DNA of 64,000 bases from Iphione sp. A-MEVVRFRX5 (taxonomy: Eukaryota). This document shows positions 38,901 through 50,900 of this stretch, piece by piece (position 1 is the stretch's first letter; each line of letters starts with the position of its first letter). The notes beneath the pieces were generated by a model, which had not been told where the DNA came from, did no database searches, and saw only the letters and a program-made list of their open reading frames with translations. The stretch is from positions 115,630,001-115,694,000 of the forward strand of contig OZ320313.1 in NCBI GenBank assembly GCA_976226885.1, given 5' to 3'. The position numbers were made by a program, and so were the translations under genes.

Positions 38901-41900
38901 CCGACGCAATTTTCGCATGCGACACTGATGCAGATTTGTTAGCCGCACTCTCTGTATCAGGGACCTTTTTTTACACATGGTGCTTTAGTACATTCCAATA
39001 TATCATACGGAAGCAGGTAGAATACTAGATGATACATTTGTATTGTTTATCAAGTTAGATACATGTATCATTTTTATTTGTCTCATAATTTATTTAGCTT
39101 AGTTCAACAGTAACGGTTTGTAGCAGTAGATTACTCTTATGAAAAAATTACTTTGGCATTTCTGACGGGATTTTCTTTTGGGTAGGATTCCTTTATTTAA
39201 TATTTGGATCAAGGGATATTGGCAGAAGCATCTAGAACATCAACTGCCAGAAATCGTCCCCAACAATTTCGAAAGTTTCTAAATGTATTGGCACGAGTGA
39301 TACCTTTACAAAAAAAAGAAATGAACGGGTCGGATGGGGAAGTTGCCCATTGTAAATGAGATACACTCAGGGTAGAAATGTTCTTTTGTCAGATTAGGCC
39401 AGACGACTGAGGCCGGAAATAGATGCATACTTGTCCAGGATGACCAGAGAAGAATTGGATGTCGGTCGATTGGGGGCGAAGGCAGCCTAAGGGCGTTTCT
39501 AGTGGAGTTGCTCATTGCGTGAGCTGAGGTTGTGGGCTGCCTGGCGAGCTGCTCAGTCACCTGTCCCTCTTGCGGCTAAAGCTCGGAGCGGATCATGTGC
39601 CGACCCCTCGCCGTGCGCCCAAATGCAATCACCATCAGAAGACAGGCAATTAATTACCGGCAGGCCAGGACGATGTTTGCTGGTGGAGGAATGGACACCC
39701 CTCGTAGTAATAACGCCACCTCCCATCGCTGAGCTGCTCACACCACGATGACACAGGTATGAAGGCTCTAGCTGCAGTGAACAGTATTTGTGTGACAAAC
39801 AGGTGGGCTCCCCCATGCTGACACAATCAAGCATACAGGGGAGCTCATCTCCTGCACAAAACCGCCCACTACAACTGCTCCAACAATGGAAAATCTATAT
39901 AGTAGAGAACCAGGTGAAACGCAAATGTAATATAATCTGTCTTATAACCTTCGTGTGGTTTCGGCTCGCGTGCTTTTGTGTTCTCGTAACTTTTGCGCAG
40001 ATGCTGTGCAAGACGTTTTCACATCCTTAAAAACAAGCTGGTAATAACCAGCAGGTCACAGCTGTTTCTCCTTTACATAAGTGAATAAATAAATGTTTAT
40101 CTACAAAGTCGAGTACATGGAATATATGCCGCAGCACTCATGGGAGCTATGAGGTACCCTCGTTCTACGTCTAGAATATCTTAGTACCATGTATTACGAC
40201 ACGTTAATGTCTTTAATGTTTAATGATATATCACCTCGAATTAATTAATGATCCTGAAAGATAGGCAATAGAGCAAGTACTATCTATCAATATCGGTTAC
40301 ATTTCAAACTAATTAGTCACCTACAGCTCGTGTCGAGAGCTGTATGATCGATAAAACACTGACCTCATATTCTTCCGAGGGAAATTTTGCTGATCATCCG
40401 TGAGAAATTACACTTCAATTACACTTTACTATAATATTACTGTACCGGAGAGTATCATGATCAGGATTATAGGTCTATTTTAACAATATAACCAGGTGAA
40501 ACTTCGGGAAATTGTTTCTCCTAGCGATTCCATTTAAATAGCATGTACCTTGCATACACTTGAAACAACATTGATTTCACGGGTACCATCGGTCACACTC
40601 AAATCTTCTCCATCCGGCGTTCCACAGAGTTCCCATGTGTCAGGCTTGTGCAATTCTAAATTATTTATAATGAATGTCACAAATTATCTGCTGAGAAATC
40701 ATATGCATTGCCCTGATGTGAGGAAGGTTTTTATAACATCAATTACGCTGGTCTGTCGCAATGCAAGAACTGAGAATTACTTCAGAAACCTCAAATGAGT
40801 AGGTTTGAGTCAGGCCAATTTTGGTCTCTCCCATATGATGGTCTTCCAGTGAGTTGGTCTTCAAGCGGGTCTCCGCTGTGTTTCCAAATTATGTCATGAT
40901 TTGCGAATACGATCAAGCCATAGTTATTTATCTTGAAAAGGGTTAAATACCAATATGTGGCTTCTATTAGTGGGAAAGGGATGGGCTCCCTGTGTGCCTT
41001 TAATGGTTTATACTTGTCTGTGATTGCAGTCCATTCATGGGAGGTGGGGAAGGAGCCGTGCTTCTCAATAGCGGATTTACCTGAGAAAGTCTTTTCGTGT
41101 AAGTCACCAGTGATAAAGCAACCTATTTTGTCGCTGTTTACTTGGCGATTACACTTGCAGAGACCTGACACCCATAACACAATTTAAGCTATATTGTGTC
41201 ACGCACTGTATTTTTATAGAATTCTTAGCTGTGGTTTTTCACCGGTGTAAGTGCCTAGGGCCGTTTCTGCGAATATGTTATGCTTTTCCTCGTGTCCCCT
41301 GAGGAAATTGGCCATCTCTAGCCCCGGCTCTGTGCCCATATATACAACATAGGCCGATGCTAACTGTCGAGAAGATAGAGGTAGGCAAAAGTACAAGTTA
41401 AAAAGGCACGACCGTCGGCTTGTTGTCGCGTCGCCCTAAATTGCCTTTGTCAGAAGTCAAGGCAAGACAGCAGGCAAACATCTCCGGCGGCAATCGGAGC
41501 CATCAGTGGGTGGCGAGTGTATTCTCGCCGGAGCACGGTCGGCAGGGATGGTGATACCCTTAATGAGTAGGAAGAGAGTGCCAGCTTCGGGAGAGGGCGA
41601 CTGCAGGGTGGGGCTAAGGGAGCACGGAGTGGCCGCCAGTCGGTGCGCCCGCGTGCCGCGCGCGACTTCCATTAGCACAGAGCGCGTAGGGGCCCGCCGC
41701 AGGGGCTTGGCGGCCATTATGACAGCTCTCAGGCAAGAGTCCTCTAGCGGGCATCACGGTAACTCGCGTGCTATGTACCCTGCTACATAACGCAGCTAGG
41801 CGCCCCGCACTGGCTGACGGCAGTGGCCGTGGATAAAACACAGACCACTCAATCTCACTCATGTTTAACGCCAGCCAGTGCAGAATTACCTTCGGCTGAT

Positions 41901-44900
41901 GATAGAGCATTGTAATGATGGAACAGAATGAAGTGCAAACTGTTTAGAATGCGAATCGTGATGACTATGGCTTTTCATCGCTTCGGTCCAGAACGTTGAT
42001 TATGAGGTATTCGTTAATACATGTACACGTATACGCGAGCATATATAGTTTTAAAAATATTATGGTAATATGTAAATGTATACATATATATATTTAACGT
42101 GCGCGTCTAGAGAAATATCATCCACAATCTTTATATATGTACAGTAAAAATGCAATACACTGCTTGGTACCTAACGGTATATACTAACGAGGATTCTGTA
42201 AGAGTAAGCAGTTTTTACAATCTGTACCAAGTAGATTTGTTTGGAATAATTGAAGTAACGGAAGAGAAAGGGGTTTCTCTGCGTGCAATATATGATGTTT
42301 CCTTCAAATGTTGTGTTTGCTCTCATAAGATTTTTGGCAAGTTAAGAGAATAAAGTTATTTTCCGAGGATTCTATTATAATAATCAAATCTATTCGTAAA
42401 ATTGCTGTAAACTATAGGTAGTGTTTTACCCGAATATTCCCCTAGTTGAAACATAAAGTGATTTTCTTCATACCAACTCTTCAGTGTAAAGAAAATAAGG
42501 AATGTGATTTGTTTGGGAATTAAAATAAACATAGGCAGGTTGTATTATATCGCTCCTATGTATTACCCGGTGTCTTGCATGCAGGATTAATTTTCTAAGA
42601 TAAAGTAGTTGTGCACACATCGCTAGGTGCGTAATGGAAATTTTGCCTTCCTTCATGGAGATCCCTGCAAGATCAGTTGTGCTGTACTTGATTGTCGATC
42701 AATTTATAACGCCCTTTATTTACAAAGCGCAAAAATAAAATCCTCCAGGCTGTGTTTCGTCCCTAGTTTTCAGTAAGAAATTGGTCACGTCTGAAAGATT
42801 TAATATTAATATATTAACCAGTATTCTTTCCTGTTCATTATGATCAAATAATGTCTTCCGTACACGGATCACACCGTTAATCAGGACATGTAAAAATGTG
42901 TGCCCATCATTTTCAAGCAAGATAAACAGTGATTCCAAGTTAAGTGAATTACTTTTCTGTCGTTCATGTATGAGAATCCCCAAAGTAATATGTATATCAT
43001 ATATATATTTCATGTGTCTGGAGACCGCCATGCACATATTCCTCTTCATTCTGCTGAAAGTCATGCCATCTTCCTTTTGTCATTTCCATCTACCAAATTC
43101 CCTCATGTCGGAGCCAACTGCCTAAACTTGTCTGCGTCGTCGCGGCGTTTGCTCCTCTCATCGTGGGCGAGCACACCCACAGTTCCGGCGGCGACTTCGA
43201 GCCACATCGATCGCCAATACCGCTCCCGTGGGAAAGGGCTCTAATGACGCCAGTAACAAAGGAGCCTACGCCTGAGATGTGAGAGATCCCGAACATGGGC
43301 CTTCAGAATGAATCAAATGTCAGCCGTCGCCCACCTACATTATTCATCGGCAGTCGCCTCTAGACCACAAAACCAGGACGCGTCACGGAACTGAGCAGCA
43401 GGTTTCGCTTGTGAGTCGATGTGTTTTGGATAGTGGTGTGTGTGTGTGTATAGGAGGGGGCGGGGGCAAGTGGAGGGACAGGGGCGGGGGCTTTCATCGC
43501 ATGTGGTCGTTTACTCTCTACCTCTTCCCGGACGCTCTGGCAATACATTTGTGATTGATCTTTTCGGGGATGGCTGGTCATGTCTAGCTTTGCGTATTCA
43601 TGTGTTTTTTATATCCACAGGAAACCCACGGCATTGAGTTGGATATCCATTTCTATCTGCCTACGGGCTAATAGAGAAACTATTTCCGATCACCAACCAT
43701 TGTACACCTACTGCGTCACAGGGACACCAGAGAGTTAATGGAACATACCTCAGATGTTGTGAGACAGAGTCTGAAATCGGACTGAAAGGGTAAAAAATAA
43801 ACTTCAGCCAGCAGGCAAGATTGCCGCGCGAGGATTCTGCCGAATCCTTACTCTGTGTTAACACGCAAAAATGCAGTAGCACCAGCAGAATGGTCCTTGG
43901 TCGCCCACAGGCAGAGCAGGTAGGTTTAAGGCCATGCGTCTGGAGAGCAGCGTATCTACCACCTGGACAGGGCAGATAGCGTCCTCTGGGTCTAAAACTC
44001 TGCACGCAAGGCCAGCATTAAGATAAGCACTTCCGGAAACATTCCGTCCACAGCGACCTCTACAGGATATGCCTGTAATAAAACATCTGGCTGCTGGATT
44101 AAAGATGTGGTCCGGCCTAAAAGGTGCTTTGATACCACAAAATCATCTCCAAATTGATAATCACCAACCATGGAAAGCACCAGTGATCACTGACGGAATA
44201 TACATTTGCATATGCATTTGTAGATAAAAAGGTATGTACATAGATGAAGCGAAGTGGTTTTGCATTGCTTTTATTGTCGACCAAGAAAACCTGCCGATGG
44301 TTTTGCATTATTGATAATTTGAAGTTTTATCACTAAACTCTGGATACCAGTACCGGGCGCTTGCCTGTGTATACCGTGCAGTAGAAATTAAATATTGATG
44401 TATTATTTTTCATATGAATTTAAGTGCCTCCTGTCCCCCCTCCTTCTTACTAACCCTTTTTCTTGCCACTCGCTTGTCAGATATTCCATGCACAAGCAAA
44501 GCTCTGCGGCCACTAAAAGAAACACAAAAACTGATAAGGTGGGTGGTAACATGAAAAAAAATGCCTACCCATTAGTTTGTTAATAACCAGATGCCTGCGG
44601 GACTTAAGAAACGACCCCGGCAGAAGTGGAGGGAATATAGGATAAAGTGAGGCTTGCTAACGAAAAGAAAAATGCAGTCTCCAGAGACAGTGTGACAAGC
44701 AAAGGAACATTGCTTGTTAATATTCTTCCCTCGTTTACATGTTCTTTTAAGCGGAGTGCATCGGCACTAAGAGAAAGGATAATCGAATATTTTAATGTCA
44801 AAGATGTAAATCCATCCACAAGACAGCTACTTATCCTCCAGTGAGACTGTCGAACATATGACGGAAAGGTAAAAATAATTCCAGTCCGTTGTCCTAGGCA

Positions 44901-47763
44901 TTTCCTATGACTATGAGGGTTCACCCATTATGTATATTCAGGAAAAGAATTGAAAAGAGGGATGTCTCGCATCGTCTTTAATCTAGTAAAAGCCTAATTT
45001 AAGTTGACATGGTGCCTGATGGAGCACTTTGGAAAACTGTGTGGTACACTGCCTAGAGCAATACCCAAGTGGTGACACTGAAGCAGAGCAATGGTAGCGT
45101 CATTGCAAAATGCACGTAAGCCCATTAGGATATAATTTGCTGATCTCGTAACCGCGTACCCCGTTGCCTCTGGTACGTCAGGCGATTTCAAATCGGTTTT
45201 TCACATTAAAATTGGGAGCCATGTATTCAAAGCATGAAGGTCCCCTCAGAACAGAACTGTCAAAGGATGTTAAAATCAATTTACCCTCCTGTTATAGTGT
45301 TTCTATGCACATATTTGATGGCCACCAGGAGGGCCGGTAGATCTCAAACGGTTCCCCTGCGTTACTTCCGACAGTTGGACGGAAGCCACCATGGTTTCCC
45401 TCTCCTGAAAACAACATCTGAGGATGCTGGAAACGGCTCTCCAATTGCTCAGCGTATCCTACACGTAAGAAACATAGACGAAAAAACACTACACATGCAA
45501 ATCAGCAGCGGTAACTGGGAAATCCGTTCACTACTGTTTATTTTGGCTCGTTTTTAGGAAGGCAACACTAACATGACCCGCATTTCAATCCTCAGTGAGT
45601 TTAGCAATGTCGCGTCGGTGAACCGAAGGGTTTCACGTAGAGAGAAAATGCATCTCACAGTGTTTCTTACGAACCGGCTTACTAACGGTGAGATAAGAAA
45701 GTTTAGCTAGTCAGTGTTGCCGAAATACATTGACTCATTTCAGCAAGGACCCAATCCGACTTCAAACAGTCCTTCCATTGGCCCGGAATTTAGACGGAAA
45801 GGCGAATCCTCGAGGGAAATCAAAAACACCTATTATGTTCCGAAATGCGCTGCGCATAGATTTGACTGACATCTATATCTACGGCATAGGGTGCTAGGAG
45901 AATATACCTCAACCGAAACAAGATTGAACTCAAGGCGTATTTAAAAACGGTGGTTCCTCAAAACAAAAGGTTGACTCCTGTGGATAAAATGAACATTTAG
46001 TTTTTGCAGTCAAAGAATATGTCTTCAAGATCACCATTCCTCATATTCATTGGATGTGTCTTAGGTCCCCTGCAATGTAACTTTGGCATTTCTGGTTAAA
46101 TAAACCGTATGGTTAGGTTCACAAGGACAATTGATGCCTTTCTTTGTGATCTCGTGCGCATAAAACGAAATTATTGGGTACATTTGGTTATTTTACTGGA
46201 TGGTGAGCGATTTTAACTTGTTTCCACGTGCTCCTATTTTCTATATCATCTTAAGCACTATGATTCTGATGCTCGGAAAGTAAACATTTTCTCTACGGTT
46301 AATGTGTTACACTGGTATGCTTGATACCGATTTTATTCTGCTTTGTGGGCTCATGTGGTGTGTCTGTCGCAGCTGGCAGATACAGGTTTTCATGAAAGGC
46401 TTTATAAAGACCTTTTGGAAATGTCGCTACCATCAGTGTCAAAGACATGACAGGTACGTTGGACAACATTCCACTATTTCATCAGATAGATAACCAGAAG
46501 TTCTAAGTCGTTGGGCTTTTCGTCTCGGCCATGTCTGGTGATTTCAGTAATGTTTCGTAAAAAGCAGCTGTGCACCCATCATCAAAAACAATGGTACACG
46601 TGCAGAACTCGTGTAATATGGTCCTGGAATCTCTTATTTATGACTGAATGTCCTTTTACTTTTCGATAAAATAGCATTCTCTTCCAATTAAACATGATAT
46701 TGTTCCCGAGAATCATGTCTTCCTGTAATCGTCGCCTTATGTCTGAAGTAAATTGTAGATAGCAGAGATCTTTGGAAACTTTCCTTCGTGCAAAAAGTTC
46801 GTAAATACTAATAGATATTTAATCAAATATTTAACATCTATACTTCCTTCCTAAAATCCTTTTTGCTATTAACGTTGAAGTATGTAATATATACATGTTT
46901 ATATATCTTTTTTCCACTACCATATTTCTATAACTCTAAATTTCCTGTCTAGTCTGTGTGAAACTTGCAAGAACAAGAAAAATGCTTGAAGGATCCTGGA
47001 GAAGCATTATGTAATATCGTAGTATTATATAGGAATGATGTTTCTTGTTGTATTAACATTGAAAAGCCTCTATTTTGACTGGAATATATTTCGAAGATAG
47101 TAAGTCTGTATAAAATATGTATATATATTGCAGGTAAACATAACTAAGGCGGGAATTATGAAAAATTGATGTAACTTTATTATTAACAACAGACTGCGTA
47201 GCCTTGCATCTCTCACTGAACCTGTGAAAAAGGGCAACAACCTATACTTTCTCCAGATCGCACTTCGAATGAAAATAAAGACATCGTTGTAAGTCTGTGT
47301 GATAATTACTGGTATGACAATTTCGTAAAAGGTATTATAAATATAGCCCCTCCCCCCCTGAAGTATTTCGTCTCGATTTGGGTCACTTGTAAACTCACTT
47401 TGTTACCCATCGTAATGCTTGACATGGTCACCTCGAAGACAACGTTGACATTGAAGACGTCGCTGACACTATGGTGGTAGAGCCACACGAGCAAAACAGC
47501 TACAACAACAAATGAGTAAAATACCCTGCAGGAATCAGCCAGTGCCGCCTCGACTGACGCACCACTATGGGCGGCAGGTTCTGATCACAATTGTCGCCAT
47601 TAATAGAAAAGGAAAAACAAACCAACAGAAAAACAGGAAAAGGGCGAGTTCTTGATACACTCCAGACACTTCGCTGTTATTGTCGATGATCTTATAACAC
47701 GTCAGTGGAGGGTGAGCATAATTTAAATATGCAATGTGTGTATGTGTGAGAGAGGTTCAGACG

Positions 47764-47781
47764 ATAATAATAATAATAATA
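47764..47781. repeat. (ATA)n microsatellite just downstream of the nAChR stop codon (putative 3'UTR)
   Basis: ataataataataataata. Confidence 0.85.
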
Positions 47782-47813
47782 AAAGAACAGACGGGCTGGC
47801 AATATGCGGGCTG

Positions 47814-47960
47814 CTAATTGACCTCAAGTGGCTCTCGGTCGTCGTAGAGTGTGGGAGCTTGGAGGATTATTCCGAAGGTACCCACCACGCATGCGGTGGT
47901 GAAGATCCACAGGAAAAGACGGTCCAGCACTAGGGCCACGTACTTCCAGTCTTCCTTAAT
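47814..47960 (-). CDS. nAChR last coding exon ([48 protein letters not shown])
   Basis: 147 nt; TTGCAG acceptor in phase 0; TM4; TAG stop. Confidence 0.95.
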   Translation of the reverse strand: MKEDWKYVALVLDRLFLWIFTTACVVGTFGIILQAPTLYDDREPLEVN

Positions 47961-50900
47961 CTGCAATGGAATCGGGATGGGAGGATTAATCACTCGCCTA
48001 ATTAATTAGCTGTTGAGACTAGGCGCCTTGCTCCCAATGTGTAATTGGTTGTTATGCACCAAACACAACCTATTAGACTTGGAGATGCGGCGAATATACT
48101 GCCGGATTGGTCGTTACAGGGCCTGAGGAATGCAGGGTCCACGTAGCCACTAAATCAATTCTACAAGCTCATTGATACGTTTGACTGGGTTCAATAAAAT
48201 TTCATTAACTTTCAAAATGGCCATGGAACAATAATTTTGCCCCCCTCTTTTCAATAGCCAAAGCTTTTATAAAATTCTTGTGATTCGTAATGGTGTTGTG
48301 AATCATTTCAGTGTCACGCTCCGAGCAGCAACCTTTTCTGAGAAAAAACTTCATGACTCATCATGTCACATTCTTTAGATTTGAAACACTAATTAAAACC
48401 ATAGTCAATCTTCAACACCCACTTTTGTCTGTAAATTGTCGAAAGGGAAACAACCGTGTTGATGCAATTAATTCTAAAAGCGTTCATTCTGGGGGCTTTT
48501 AAATTTCATAATTTCCATTCGATAGATGGACCAGTTGGTTGTTGCAAGTGTCAAGACAATCGTGCTGTTAATTATATCATTGCGATCACCATTTATTACT
48601 CTGCAGATCAAGGCATACATATGTATTTCGTAGGAGATCAGGGCGGTACGACATCTACACTTGCTATAACAATTACTCGGTAAGGATTTCCTGTCATTCT
48701 AAGCCTGTTGTCACCAATGGGGGAACCCATCATATTTCAGTGAGGGACTAAATCTTTATGCTCTCATATCATATTTCATTACCTAAAGACCCTTTCTACA
48801 AATACCTGATGAAGTACAATTCATTCGGCACTTATTGAAAAGAAACCCGACCGTTGTAGAGTACTCCTCCCACCATGTCACTCTCTGTGGGACAATAAGC
48901 TCCACCTCACGCACGTCAATGACAGCTATGGCGCCGTCAATATGCCTATTATCAACCAAGATGTCGACTGAAAGCTGACTGCTCCTGACACGCGGGACAG
49001 GATCAATTGATCATTCACTTTGCCTTGGGGCCTTTGAACGAACGACCAATATTGCATGGTGTCCGTAATCATTGCACCCTGGTAGAGGATGTCTTCTACC
49101 CTGTAGTCACAGAACACATTGCAAGTAGACCACTTGTCACATGATAAAAAATACCAGCGCCCTGTCCCTATCATCGACACCCATTTTGGGACCATATGGG
49201 ACTTCAGTAGAATGGAAGTAGCTAGTTTATAACTAGTTGATAACTAGTGCCCTTTATATTCAGCATAAAGTGGACACCTAAAACTGTCGTCTAGGAGACT
49301 ATTTTTGACATACCTAATGCCGTTCTGAGGCCATTCCATCATCTTTATCGTAGAACACCTTTCAACTCATTGGAAGTCTGAATACAATGCTTTTACAAAG
49401 CGTAAGTTTATTTATTCATATCTAAACCCTACCCTACTGTCTGCCTCCTTCTTTTTAGGATGAGTGAGAGACATAGTTTGCAAGAAGAGACGCCTGCCGG
49501 ACCTGCCAGTCTAGACACGTTTCCCATCAACCGGTGGTAGTGTGGTACTGAGGTGTAAACTCTCGTAAAGGTCATGTCACCTAGAAAGCTTCCCCCTATG
49601 GATCATAATTAACTGAGTAGGATCAATGACAAGACTGGACTTTACGGGGTGCCCTTGGGTATGAGAAGTATTGTTAAGCTATATTTAGAAGATTCGTAAC
49701 AGCAGAAGGCAACCTGCGCTGATGGGAAAGTCATTATTACACGAACTCATTTAAGTACGTTAATAATGAGGTTTCTGTCTTCGCCATGGTTGTGTGTTGT
49801 TTTCCCATAAGCTGACTTTCTTGAACTAACGCCATGGAGAACCTTATCTTTCCTCTCGGTAGACATGTCGCTATTTTTGAAGGGACCTACGCGATCAAAA
49901 ATGATATTGAATCTGCGCTACGGCATCAGAATTTTGTATGGTATTCATTTGTGGCCATACGTTCGAAATTACAGCGTGAAATAATTTCGGGTGCTTGAAC
50001 GTGAAAGAAATTCAAATCGGGCAGAGATCAGTTCTGACATTCTAAAGAAGTTCTGTTGATTATCGGCTTCGTCTATGTTTAAAAAGGCACGACTTCAAAG
50101 AAAGTGAAGTTGGTGTATTACAGCCTACAGCCACACAAACCCTCTGTAGCCTGCAACGTGAGTAAGGATCGATCACAAATGACTAGATGTTGTTTAGGGA
50201 TGGAAACATTTCTGTTCTTTGTCACAATACGAGCTAATGAGAACCATTGCAAGAGCCTTGTCATTTTCCTCACCGTACCATATTGACTTATCTCAGATTT
50301 AGATTGTAAGCCAAGAGCTCCATGGACAGATTGTAATATATAAATGTTTCAACGTACTATCGCTGGCGATGTGGATGCATTGTTCCCCCCATTTCACCAT
50401 CTACATTAAGAACGATACATTTATGGCGATTAATTAAGGGGTTATGAAAATCTATTTACAACACTGCCTGTTATAAAAATACCTAACATAAAGATCTTAA
50501 TGTACCATCTTCCGTAGAATTGAGATAGGTCGAGTTCATATAACAAGTAGAGGGAACACTTACTTACATTGCAGAAACATTGCTAGCAGGTGAAATTCAA
50601 CCCAGATTATTGAAAGGTGCATGGTGCCTATAGCAGAGGTTGTAGAGTAAGAGGGTTATTCCGACCGACGAACCAGACTTACATTTGAGGCATCATCCTC
50701 CTCCTTGAGATGCTCAGCAATGTACCGAACCCCCTCAATCGCCTTTATCACCTCCGGCGTGTAGTTAGCCCGCGCATGGAGCCCGGCGCCGAAGTCGGCG
50801 TCCATATCGTCCGTCCCTCCCGACATCATGCCCGAGTAGTTCCCCATATTGTCAAAAGTCAGGTCTCTTGACAGGCGCCCACCGGCGCCGGCACCGGCCA

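Noticed and set aside
40791-41180. 129-aa ORF with KTFSGKSAIEKH, resembling a C2H2 finger
   Set aside because: It lacks the Cys pair and second His, and has no convincing splice context or homology.
49095-49120. Partial matches to conserved miRNAs (miR-10-like TACCCTGTAG here, miR-184-like at about 21676, miR-31-like at about 43814)
   Set aside because: Only 9-10 nt match and there is no precursor hairpin.
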